Part shown: positions 28,852 through 37,505 of the stretch, in pieces
Numbering within the stretch: position 1 is the stretch's first letter
Layout of the letters: every line of letters begins with the position of its first letter
Assembly: GCA_947168625.1 (NCBI GenBank)
Contig: CAMVMQ010000003.1
Span: forward strand, 1-41,823
Length of the DNA: 41,823 bases
Origin: an uncultured Bacillales bacterium
Lineage (GTDB): Bacteria > Bacillota_I > Bacilli_A > RF39 > UBA660
Direction of reading: 5' to 3'
Notes under the pieces: model-generated
The model's input: the letters and a program-made list of their open reading frames with translations, nothing else
Databases searched by the model: none
Told to the model about the DNA's origin: nothing
Translations under genes and position numbers: made by a program

Positions 28852-29604
28852 ATGCATAAAAATATCTTTTCTTTTTTACTTACATTTCTCGCAGGCCTTT
28901 CAACAATGATTGGATATTTAGTTATCTATATAAAAAAAGATAATCATGATAAAATAATATCATCTTCGCTTGCTTTTGCATCGGGCGTAATGATAAGTAC
29001 ATCTATACTTGACTTAATACCTGAAAGCATAAAATTATTAAGTAAAAATGTTTCACATATAAGTACAATTTTTCTTTGCTTTTTAGGTCTCTTATTAGGA
29101 ATCATATTATCAATGATAATTAATTACTATATACCAGATACACCCAAAATTACTAGTAATAATACATTATATAGAGTAGGGTTGTTATCGATGATAGCTA
29201 TTATAATGCATAATATACCTGAAGGAATAGCAACATTCATGGCAAGCACTTCAAACAGAACACTTGGTATATCCTTAACACTTGCTATTGCTATGCATAA
29301 TATACCAGAGGGAATAAGCATTTCAGTACCAATTTATTATAGTACTAGAAAGAAAAAAGTAGCCTTTATATATACACTAATTTCAGCATTATCAGAACCA
29401 TTTGGAGCACTATTAGCTCTTATATTTTTGAGAAATATAATAACTGAGACAATATTAGCTATAACTTTTTCTTTAATCGCAGGTATTATGCTTGAAATAT
29501 CAATGCGTGTATTACTACCAAATACAAAAAAATATCACAATAAAAAAAGAATTATAATTTTCTTTATGATTGGGATATTATTTATGTGTCTAAAATATAT
29601 ATAA
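28852..29604 (+). CDS. zupT: ZIP family metal transporter (ZupT-like)
   Basis: AGLST.IG, FASGVM, two HNIPEG motifs, S.LSEPFG. Confidence 0.92.
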   Translation: MHKNIFSFLLTFLAGLSTMIGYLVIYIKKDNHDKIISSSLAFASGVMISTSILDLIPESIKLLSKNVSHISTIFLCFLGLLLGIILSMIINYYIPDTPKITSNNTLYRVGLLSMIAIIMHNIPEGIATFMASTSNRTLGISLTLAIAMHNIPEGISISVPIYYSTRKKKVAFIYTLISALSEPFGALLALIFLRNIITETILAITFSLIAGIMLEISMRVLLPNTKKYHNKKRIIIFFMIGILFMCLKYI

Positions 29605-29683
29605 AAAAATAATAATAAAAGAGTGACATTCTCTTTTTTTTTTGATATAATTAAATAAAGATAGAGAGTAGGGAGGTTCTTTT

Positions 29684-30415
29684 ATGAAAGAGACACTTAT
29701 CTGTAAATTAGATAAACACAGTATATATTATCTAAGTAATAGTAATTATGGTTTTTATATTTTTATTCCTTTTAAAGATTATAAAGAAACAAATATTGCT
29801 ATTAGATTAAAAAGTAATTATGAAATGTATGATTTAAATAAGAATGATTTAACAAAAGTAACAAATGAACTTATAAACTATTATAAGAATATTGATGGAT
29901 ATAATATTACACTAATTTTACCAGTCTTTTATGATGATATTTTAAATAGAATTAGAGTAGTTAGTGATAAAAATTTATATCAAAAAATGGATAAATATCT
30001 TGGAGAAATATTTAACTTTGCATATAGTTTTTTAACAAAAAATGATATTAAAGTAAATAGCAATATTTATTTTATTAACAACGATTCTTTTAAAACATTT
30101 ACTAATTGGTATGTATCAAGATATAACAATCGTATTGAATATAAGACCGTAATAGATTTAGTTAAAGAAAATGGAAGTTATCATGATTATAATGTTGTTA
30201 AAACGCCAAATATGAATTTTGTTGTAGGCAAAGAAAAAGAACCTAAGCTAGATAAAACAGTAGATATTGAACTAGAGACTTTTGATAATATGCTTAAAGA
30301 AGCTCAGAGGGGAGAAAAAGAACCTAGTACTAATTCAGGATTTATTTCATATATACTTCTCGGAATAATAACATTTGTTGTTTCACTAGCGCTATTATTT
30401 GTTTTTATAAAATAA
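29684..30415 (+). CDS. Hypothetical protein with C-terminal TM anchor
   Basis: GGGAGG RBS; ends NSGFISYILLGIITFVVSLALLFVFIK. Confidence 0.8.
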   Translation: MKETLICKLDKHSIYYLSNSNYGFYIFIPFKDYKETNIAIRLKSNYEMYDLNKNDLTKVTNELINYYKNIDGYNITLILPVFYDDILNRIRVVSDKNLYQKMDKYLGEIFNFAYSFLTKNDIKVNSNIYFINNDSFKTFTNWYVSRYNNRIEYKTVIDLVKENGSYHDYNVVKTPNMNFVVGKEKEPKLDKTVDIELETFDNMLKEAQRGEKEPSTNSGFISYILLGIITFVVSLALLFVFIK

Positions 30416-30423
30416 AAAAAGCA

Positions 30424-30543
30424 CTATCTAAGTGCATAAACTAATATAGAAGAAACAGCAGATCCTATTGCTAATAATAACATAATATATCCAAATATTT
30501 TAGCGGATATATTTTTTATTTTCTTCTTTTTCTTTTTATTCAT
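30424..30543 (-). CDS. 39-aa small membrane protein, DUF4044-like
   Basis: MNKKKKKKIKNISAKIFGYIMLLLAIGSAVSSILVYALR*: basic N-terminus plus one TM. Not in the ORF track. Confidence 0.7.
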   Translation of the reverse strand: MNKKKKKKIKNISAKIFGYIMLLLAIGSAVSSILVYALR

Positions 30544-30585
30544 TATTTTTCTACATCCCTTCTATAACATTATACTAAATAATTG

Positions 30586-30614
30586 TTATATTTTCAATTA
30601 CTTTTTCATAGACT
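30586..30614 (+). promoter_or_regulatory. SigE-like promoter for spoIIM
   Basis: TTATA-N16-CATAGACT; spoIIM is SigE-dependent in B. subtilis. Confidence 0.55.
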
Positions 30615-30631
30615 TTATTGGTGATAAGAAA

Positions 30632-31264
30632 ATGACTAAGAAACTATCTAATTATTTAAGTATTGTTCTTCCTAATAAAAAAATTAATTTATTTACAATT
30701 GGAATAATATTATTAGGAATAGTATCAGGATCTATTTTTTTAGTAATACTATCAAGTAAAGATAAAGAATTAATTATTAATAAAATAAGTACTTTTATGG
30801 CCTCAATTAACGAAAATAAAATTAATAACATTAATGCTTTAAAAAATTCATTAATCGAAAACTCTATATATGTAATACTAATGTGGATATTTGGTTTATC
30901 AATAATAGGAATAATAATCAATATCTTTTTAACATATCTAAAAGGATTTATCACTGGCTTTACAATTGGATCATTTATACTTACATATAAATATGAAGGA
31001 ATAGTAGCTTCATTAATATATACTTTTCCTACAACTATTATTAATCTACTAATAACTATTATAATTAGCGTCTATTCCTTTACAATGACAGTAATGCTCC
31101 TCAAGAGTATTTTTAATAAGAATAATAGTTTTAGTATAAAAAAATTTGTTCGAAAATACATATTAGTACTATTAATATCTATGGGAATGGTACTAATATC
31201 ATCATTATCGGAAAGTTTTATCCTTCCCTCATTAATGAAATTAGTTATTAAACTATTTATATAA
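30632..31264 (+). CDS. spoIIM: Stage II sporulation protein M
   Basis: LLGIVSGSIF, MWIFGLSIIG, LKGFITGFTIG and SLSESFI.P pattern; multi-TM. Confidence 0.85.
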   Translation: MTKKLSNYLSIVLPNKKINLFTIGIILLGIVSGSIFLVILSSKDKELIINKISTFMASINENKINNINALKNSLIENSIYVILMWIFGLSIIGIIINIFLTYLKGFITGFTIGSFILTYKYEGIVASLIYTFPTTIINLLITIIISVYSFTMTVMLLKSIFNKNNSFSIKKFVRKYILVLLISMGMVLISSLSESFILPSLMKLVIKLFI

Positions 31265-31324
31265 AATTTTACTTTTCTTCCTAATCATGATATAATTACT
31301 AGACGAAGGAAGGAGTAAAATAAT

Positions 31325-32401
31325 ATGAAGACAGTAGTTATAGGAATGTCAGGTGGAGTAGACTCCTCAGTAGCGGCTATTCTATTAAAAAAACAAGGTT
31401 ATAATGTAATTGGATTATTTATGCGTAATTGGGATAGCACAATTAATAATGATTATCTAGGTAATCCTAACCTAAATAATAATATATGTCCTCAGGAACA
31501 AGATTATAATGATGCTCTAGAGGTATGCAAAAAAATAGATATACCTTTGCACAGAGTAGATTTTGTTAAAGAGTATTGGGATAATGTCTTTACATATTTC
31601 TTAGATGAACTAAAAAAAGGTCGTACTCCTAATCCAGACGTTATGTGTAATAAATACATAAAATTTGATTTGTTCTATAAGAAAGCAAAAGAATTAAATG
31701 CTGATTATATAGCTACGGGTCATTATGCTAGAATAATAGATGGTAAACTTGCAAAAGCAAAGGACCTAAATAAAGATCAATCTTATTTTCTTGCTTATGT
31801 CGACCGAAATATTTTTAAAGATGTATTATTCCCTCTAGCAGAAATAGATAAGCCAGAAGTCAGAAAAATAGCCTTAGAATATGGATTAATAACCGCTAAA
31901 AAGAAAGATTCAACTGGTATATGCTTTATAGGGGAAAGAAACTTTACACAATTCTTAGCAAATTATCTACCTAATATGCCTGGAGATATTATAAATATCG
32001 ATACTGGAAAAAAATTAGGAAGACATATTGGTCTAATGTATTATACAATTGGACAAAGAAGAGGATTAAATATAGGTGGTACAAAAGAAAGATGTTTTGT
32101 AGCCAAAAAAGATTTAGATAAAAATATCTTATATGTAGCAATAGGAGACGATAATAAAATACTATATAGTAATGAAGCAATAATAGAGAATTTTAATTAT
32201 ATGACAGATAATAGACCACTATCATGTACATGTAAATTTAGATATCGTCAGCCTGATATCAAAGTAAATGTAACATATCTAGAAAATAACGAAATAAAAC
32301 TAAATTATAAAAATGTCAAAGCTGTAACACCAGGACAATTTTGCGTATTATATGATAAAGATATCTGTCTAGGTGGAGGAATAATAAAAGAAGTAAAATA
32401 A
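31325..32401 (+). CDS. mnmA: tRNA 2-thiouridylase MnmA
   Basis: GMSGGVDSS, TPNPDVMCN, ATGHYA, KDQSYFL, DSTGICFIG, TIGQRRG and PGQ motifs. Confidence 0.98.
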   Translation: MKTVVIGMSGGVDSSVAAILLKKQGYNVIGLFMRNWDSTINNDYLGNPNLNNNICPQEQDYNDALEVCKKIDIPLHRVDFVKEYWDNVFTYFLDELKKGRTPNPDVMCNKYIKFDLFYKKAKELNADYIATGHYARIIDGKLAKAKDLNKDQSYFLAYVDRNIFKDVLFPLAEIDKPEVRKIALEYGLITAKKKDSTGICFIGERNFTQFLANYLPNMPGDIINIDTGKKLGRHIGLMYYTIGQRRGLNIGGTKERCFVAKKDLDKNILYVAIGDDNKILYSNEAIIENFNYMTDNRPLSCTCKFRYRQPDIKVNVTYLENNEIKLNYKNVKAVTPGQFCVLYDKDICLGGGIIKEVK

Positions 32402-32493
32402 CTTCTTTTTTTAAATTTGCCAGAGTACTCTTGACATTAAATTAGTGTTAATGATAAAATATAATATATAGGATACATTAGGAGGCATTTACA

Positions 32494-33276
32494 ATGAATA
32501 TTATAGAAAAAATAAATGAAATATTAAAAGAAGCAAGTATATCAAAAGTTAATTTATCAAAGTATTTAGGAGTTTCAAGACAGATGGTTTACAATTATCT
32601 TGACGGCAATGATTTGTCAAAAATACCCACCGAAAAATGTAAATTGCTATTTGAATTATTAAATGTAAGTTCAAAAGAAGAATTATTAAAAAAAGAAATT
32701 ACCAGCGATTATATTGATAAAGTAAACAGTAAAATATTTAATAAACGAAAAGATAATGAAACAAAAAAAGAAATTATAGATTTGACAGGTGTAAAAAAAG
32801 AAGATTTTCTATTAATAAATGACATATGTCTAATGATAAAAAACATCTTATTAGATGAAAAGAGTAGGGAAGAGGAAACAAAAGCAACACTAGAATACCT
32901 ATATAATTTCATTCAAAATTTAGCTTCAAATAAAGAATTAAAATATATTTTAGGATTCTTTTCAAAAAACTTTGGTTATACTTCTCCTAATAAATATGCC
33001 TTTAACGAAAATAATCAATTTGTCTTTGAAAGTATAATGTTTTCCGCTATGACATTATATAGTAATGGTGGCGCTTCCAGATCTAAACTTGCTGAATCTC
33101 ATCATCGTTGGGAAGAAGTTTTGGCTTCAAAAAAAGAAGAAAAATTATCTCGTACGCAAGAATTAAATACAGCCAAATTACAGGCTCTTCGTGAACTTGG
33201 TTATGACAAAATAGATGAACGTAATGCTTGTGAAGTATTAGATAAGATAGCTGAAATAATGTCTACAAAATTTTAA
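32494..33276 (+). CDS. XRE-type HTH protein with a long helical C-terminal domain
   Basis: ISKVNLSKYLGVSRQMVYNYL HTH; promoter TTGACA-N18-TAAAAT at 32431-32460. Confidence 0.8.
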   Translation: MNIIEKINEILKEASISKVNLSKYLGVSRQMVYNYLDGNDLSKIPTEKCKLLFELLNVSSKEELLKKEITSDYIDKVNSKIFNKRKDNETKKEIIDLTGVKKEDFLLINDICLMIKNILLDEKSREEETKATLEYLYNFIQNLASNKELKYILGFFSKNFGYTSPNKYAFNENNQFVFESIMFSAMTLYSNGGASRSKLAESHHRWEEVLASKKEEKLSRTQELNTAKLQALRELGYDKIDERNACEVLDKIAEIMSTKF

Positions 33277-33335
33277 AATAAGTCCCCTACTTAATTTCAA
33301 TTAAAAAATAGGGAAGATATGTAATTAAATATGAT

Positions 33336-33372
33336 AAACTATATATAGTATGATAAATATATATAGTTTTTT
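33336..33372 (+). terminator. Intrinsic terminator after the HTH gene
   Basis: AAACTATATATA...TATATATAGTTT followed by a T-run. Confidence 0.55.
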
Positions 33373-33528
33373 ATTTTATAAAAAAATAATCTAATAATAT
33401 TATAACCAATATTAAATATATTAAAATTAATAATATTAAATTATTAATAATTAAAATCATCATAATAATTTATCTTTTAATTTTTTAATTTTAACTGGAT
33501 AATTACTAATCTTTTAACAAAATATCTT

Positions 33529-33556
33529 ACTTCCTATAATTAATATTATGTTAAGT
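33529..33556 (+). other. dif: dif site (Xer chromosome-dimer resolution site)
   Basis: ACTTCCTATAA-TTAATA-TTATGTTAAGT has the 11-6-11 layout. Left arm resembles B. subtilis ACTTCCTAGAA; right arm resembles the XerD arm TTATGTTAAAT. Lies in an AT-rich intergenic gap where gene orientation flips. Confidence 0.9.
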
Positions 33557-33651
33557 TCTATAAAAAAATTAAAAAACTGGTAAATATTAACTACTCTATT
33601 ATCTACATATAAATGAAAAAATAGTTAATATTATTATTGGAGGTAATTAAA

Positions 33652-33810
33652 ATGAGTAAGAAAAATGAAATGCAAAAAAACATGAATAATTCTAGTAATA
33701 AGTCTAATAAAAATAATAACAATAGTTATAATGAGACAGATACTGAGAATACTACTACTGATGAAACTTCTACTGAAAAATCAAATAGAAGTAATCATAA
33801 TTGCCACTAA
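33652..33810 (+). CDS. 52-aa low-complexity hydrophilic protein (N/S/T/E/K-rich)
   Basis: GGAGG RBS; MSKKNEMQKNMNNSSNKSNKNNNNSYNETDTENTTTDETSTEKSNRSNHNCH*; followed by a terminator. Not in the ORF track. Confidence 0.75.
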   Translation: MSKKNEMQKNMNNSSNKSNKNNNNSYNETDTENTTTDETSTEKSNRSNHNCH

Positions 33811-33812
33811 AT

Positions 33813-33850
33813 TAATAAGCCTATATTCAAATATAGGCTTATTATTTTTT
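33813..33850. terminator. Bidirectional terminator
   Basis: TAATAAGCCTATATT-ca-AATATAGGCTTATTA plus T-run. Confidence 0.85.
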
Positions 33851-33866
33851 TAAGAAGTAGGGTGCC

Positions 33867-35234
33867 CTACTTTTTTATTAGATTACTTAAAAGATTATTA
33901 TATTCATTTTCAATAATATCTAATCTATCTTTGGTTTTAGCTTCAAATCGATACGTTATATTAGGAGATGTATTAGATTTTCGAATTAAGGCAAAACCAT
34001 CATCATATAAAACTTTAATACCATCTATCTTTGAATAATTATAACCTTTATTTCTAACATACTCCTCTACTCTATCTATTATTTCGTCTTTTTTAACGTC
34101 TTCTACTGGAATTTTACCTTCAGGAGAAGAAATATACATATTTATCCCTTCAAGTAATTCAGAAACCTTTTTATTAGTCTTAGAAAGAATTTCTATCATT
34201 CTTAAACCATTATATATTCCATCATCATTGCCAATAAACCTATCACGAAAATATAAGTGACCAGATAATTCGCCACCTAAAGGATAATTGTTTTCCGAGG
34301 AAATAAGTTTCGTATAAGAGTTTCCACTTCTTGTCTCAATTGGCTTAATGCCTAATTTTATCATTTCATCTCTAAGAGCATTTGAACATTTTATATCATA
34401 AAATCCTTCTTTTTTATTTACTTTATTATAAATGTCTCTCCAAAAAATAATCATAACTTTATCAATAGGAATCATATGACCTTTCTCATCCACTACTCCT
34501 ACTCTATCACCATCACCATCAAAAGCAATACCTACATCAGCTTTTTCTTCAAGTACTTTTTGTTTTAAATATTTTAGATTTTCTTCAACAGCAGGATCGG
34601 GATGATGATTAGGAAAAGTTCCGTCAGAATCTGCAAATAATGGAATATATTCAATATTCTCGTTTGATACAAATATATCTTTAGCTACTATGCTGGTGGT
34701 TCCATTACCACAATCATATACCACTTTTAATTTATTATTTCCCATATTGATATGATTATGTATCATATCAATATATTTATTCTTAATATCATATTCTTCT
34801 ATTGTGCCTTTTCCTTCGCTATAAATGCCATTTAATATGACATAGTATAAATCACTTACATCTTTACCAAAACAATTATGAATGCCATTATAACTCATTT
34901 TAAAGCCGTTATATTCTTTTGGATTATGAGAAGCTGTAATCATAATACCGCATTTTATATTTAATAAATCCCATGCATAATAGTACATTGGAGTAGTTAC
35001 TAGTCCTAATCTTACTACATCTATTCCTCCATCAGTAAGTCCTTTTACTAAGTTTTTTTCAATTATTTCAGATGATAATCTATTATCATAGCCAACAATC
35101 ATTTTATTTTTATTAAAACTAAGTAGTTTAGTAGCAAAAGCTCTACCAATATGATAAGAGACTTCTTCATCTATATCTTTCTCCCATATTCCTCTAATAT
35201 CATATTCTCTAAACATTAATCTATTTAATTTCAA
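33867..35234 (-). CDS. Phosphomannomutase/phosphoglucomutase (AlgC-like)
   Basis: FREYDIRG, ITASHNP, FPNHHPDP, AFDGDGDR and GELSGH motifs. TTG start at 35234 inferred from RBS spacing. Confidence 0.95.
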   Translation of the reverse strand: MKLNRLMFREYDIRGIWEKDIDEEVSYHIGRAFATKLLSFNKNKMIVGYDNRLSSEIIEKNLVKGLTDGGIDVVRLGLVTTPMYYYAWDLLNIKCGIMITASHNPKEYNGFKMSYNGIHNCFGKDVSDLYYVILNGIYSEGKGTIEEYDIKNKYIDMIHNHINMGNNKLKVVYDCGNGTTSIVAKDIFVSNENIEYIPLFADSDGTFPNHHPDPAVEENLKYLKQKVLEEKADVGIAFDGDGDRVGVVDEKGHMIPIDKVMIIFWRDIYNKVNKKEGFYDIKCSNALRDEMIKLGIKPIETRSGNSYTKLISSENNYPLGGELSGHLYFRDRFIGNDDGIYNGLRMIEILSKTNKKVSELLEGINMYISSPEGKIPVEDVKKDEIIDRVEEYVRNKGYNYSKIDGIKVLYDDGFALIRKSNTSPNITYRFEAKTKDRLDIIENEYNNLLSNLIKK

Positions 35235-35235
35235 A

Positions 35236-36156
35236 TTAATCTCTCCTTTCATATAATTTATAATTTTCTTTTAAAATATCATTTGTTAAATTAGTATAAA
35301 CTTGAGTTGTCGATATATTAGAATGTCCCAACATCTCTTGAATAGTACGAAGGTCTGCCCCATTATTTAATAAATGAGTAGCAAATGAATGTCTAAGCAT
35401 ATGTGGAGTAATATTCTTATTGATTTTTTTATCATTTGCAATTTTTTTTATAATAAGAAAGAATCCCCCACGGGTCATTTCTTTGCCATGATTATTTAAG
35501 AAAATACTATCTGTTTGATATTTCTTTTTTAATAATGGTCTATACTCCTCTAGATATTTTTTTAAATAATCTAGAGCATAATCTCCAATTGGAACTACTC
35601 TCTCTTTTTTACCTTTACCAAAACATCTAACATATCCATTATCTAAATCTATATCAGTTAACCTCAAACTAACTAATTCACTTACCCTAAGTCCAGAAGA
35701 ATACATAAGTTCAAGCATAGCTTTATTTCGATATTCAAAAGCATTACTAGGATTAATATCTAATAATTTATCTACTTCTTCAATCGAAAGTACTTCAGGT
35801 AGTTTTCTATACACCCTTGGACTACTTATTTTGCTAGAAATATTTTTTATATTATACTTAGTTTCTAAGTAAGAATGAAATGATTTAATTGAAACAATTT
35901 TCCTAGCCACTGATGTTTTCTCATAATTATTATCATCTAAATACTTCAAATACGCTATTAAATCTTCTTCATTGATTTTGCTAATATCAAAAATTTTACA
36001 TTTTTCCATAAATATAAGATAGTTTTTTATATCATCAGTATATGAATAAGTACTAGATTTTTCATCAATATGCTTTATAGTAATTAAATACATTTGATAA
36101 TCATTTAATATATTTTTATAATTGTTACTTATATTTATATTTTTTATATCTAACAT
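35236..36156 (-). CDS. xerD: Tyrosine recombinase XerD
   Basis: LP.VLS.EEV, LELMYSSGLRVSEL, GKG.KER, HMLRHSFATHLL..GADLR.IQEMLGH and TTQVY motifs. Confidence 0.9.
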   Translation of the reverse strand: MLDIKNINISNNYKNILNDYQMYLITIKHIDEKSSTYSYTDDIKNYLIFMEKCKIFDISKINEEDLIAYLKYLDDNNYEKTSVARKIVSIKSFHSYLETKYNIKNISSKISSPRVYRKLPEVLSIEEVDKLLDINPSNAFEYRNKAMLELMYSSGLRVSELVSLRLTDIDLDNGYVRCFGKGKKERVVPIGDYALDYLKKYLEEYRPLLKKKYQTDSIFLNNHGKEMTRGGFFLIIKKIANDKKINKNITPHMLRHSFATHLLNNGADLRTIQEMLGHSNISTTQVYTNLTNDILKENYKLYERRD

Positions 36157-36272
36157 CTTTATCTTCCTTATATTACATATAAATTATACCATTATCATTT
36201 AATACAAGCAAGACTTCTTGACACCAATTTACATTCTAAGTTATAATAATCTAAGAAATGAGTGTGTTAAAG

Positions 36273-37478
36273 ATGGAGGATTTACTTGCAATTAAATTAA
36301 GACCTAAAACATTATCTGATATTATTGGACAAGAACATTTAGTTGGTGAAGGAAAAGTAATTAATAATTTAGTTAAAAATAAAAAATTATTTTCAATGAT
36401 TTTATATGGTCATCCGGGTACTGGTAAGACTAGTATTGCTACCGCTATTGCAAATGATATGAATCTACATTATCGCTTTCTAAATGCTGTTATTAATAAT
36501 AAAAAAGATTTTGATATTGTTATTGAAGAAGCTAAACTCTATAATGGATTAATCTTAATCGTAGATGAAATACATCGGTTAAATAAAGACAAACAAGATA
36601 TTCTTCTTCCCTATTTAGAGTCTGGTATTATTACTTTAATAGGAATGACAACATCTAATCCATATCATGCAATTAATCCCGCTATTAGAAGTAGATGTCA
36701 GTTATTTGAAGTAAAAGATCTTACTACTGATGATATTATAAAAGGTATTGATAAAGCTGTTAAATCAGGATATCTAGAAGGAATTAAAATAGATAAAAAG
36801 GCAAAAGAATATTTAGCAAATCTAAGCGGTTCTGATCTACGATATGCTTATAACTTATTAGAGATTGCATATTATTCAAGTGAAAATAAAAAAATAGATT
36901 GTGAATTATTAGAAAAAGTAAGTAATAAGCCAAATAATTTTAGCGATAAAAATGGAGATGGATATTATAATGTAATTTCTGCATTTCAAAAGTCAATTAG
37001 AGGAAGCGATGTAAATGCTTCGCTTCATTATTTAGCAAGATTAATTGAAGCAGATGATTTAGATATTATTGTGCGAAGACTATCAGTAATTGCTTATGAA
37101 GATATTGGTCTAGCAAATCCATCAATTGGCCCTAGAGTTGATGCAGCGATTAATAGTGCCTTAAGACTAGGATTTCCCGAAGCTAGAATACCCCTTTCAG
37201 AAATAGTTATAGAACTAGCATTATCTCCAAAAAGCAATAGTGCTGAAGCCGCAATTGACTTAGCATTAAATGATGTAAGGAGTGGAAGAATCTCTGATGT
37301 TCCGAGTCATCTAAGAAATCCCTCTGCTGATTATAAATATCCTCATAATTATAAAAATGATTATGTTCGACAGCAGTACCTTCCAGACAGTCTCCTTGGA
37401 ACTAAGTACTATTATCCAAAAGATAATAAGAATGAAATTATACTTAAAGAAATTATGAATAAATTAGATACCATGTAA
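36273..37478 (+). CDS. rarA: Replication-associated recombination protein RarA/MgsA
   Basis: LA..LRP, GQEHL, GHPGTGKT, DEIHR, SAFQKSIRGSD and YKYPH motifs. Promoter TTGACA-N18-TATAAT at 36218-36247 (alt start 36258). Confidence 0.95.
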   Translation: MEDLLAIKLRPKTLSDIIGQEHLVGEGKVINNLVKNKKLFSMILYGHPGTGKTSIATAIANDMNLHYRFLNAVINNKKDFDIVIEEAKLYNGLILIVDEIHRLNKDKQDILLPYLESGIITLIGMTTSNPYHAINPAIRSRCQLFEVKDLTTDDIIKGIDKAVKSGYLEGIKIDKKAKEYLANLSGSDLRYAYNLLEIAYYSSENKKIDCELLEKVSNKPNNFSDKNGDGYYNVISAFQKSIRGSDVNASLHYLARLIEADDLDIIVRRLSVIAYEDIGLANPSIGPRVDAAINSALRLGFPEARIPLSEIVIELALSPKSNSAEAAIDLALNDVRSGRISDVPSHLRNPSADYKYPHNYKNDYVRQQYLPDSLLGTKYYYPKDNKNEIILKEIMNKLDTM

Positions 37479-37505
37479 AAAGCAAGTACTCATTTACTTG
37501 CTTTT
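37477..37505. terminator. Bidirectional terminator between rarA and tcdA
   Basis: AAAAGCAAGTA-ctcatt-TACTTGCTTTT. Confidence 0.8.

Noticed and set aside
33331-33372. Tandem NrdR-box-like ACTATATATAGT repeats
   Set aside because: Not upstream of any nrd gene; the two copies form a hairpin plus T-run, better explained as a terminator.
33277-33650. CRISPR array or oriC in the AT-rich gap (also considered for 5673-6233)
   Set aside because: No regularly spaced direct repeats and no DnaA-box cluster seen; genes converge on this gap rather than diverge from it.
35236-36156. Tyrosine recombinase as a prophage or ICE integrase
   Set aside because: XerD-type sequence, ~306 aa, housekeeping neighbours, close to dif, and no phage or conjugation genes.
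192-36578. Arg codon reassignment (AGG to Met, or CGG to Trp) as reported in some uncultured Bacilli; UGA as Trp
   Set aside because: AGG at 192 encodes the Arg of RbgA KPR, and CGG at 36576 encodes the conserved Arg of RarA DEIHR. Trp uses TGG, and TGA ends tcdA. This is a spot check only.
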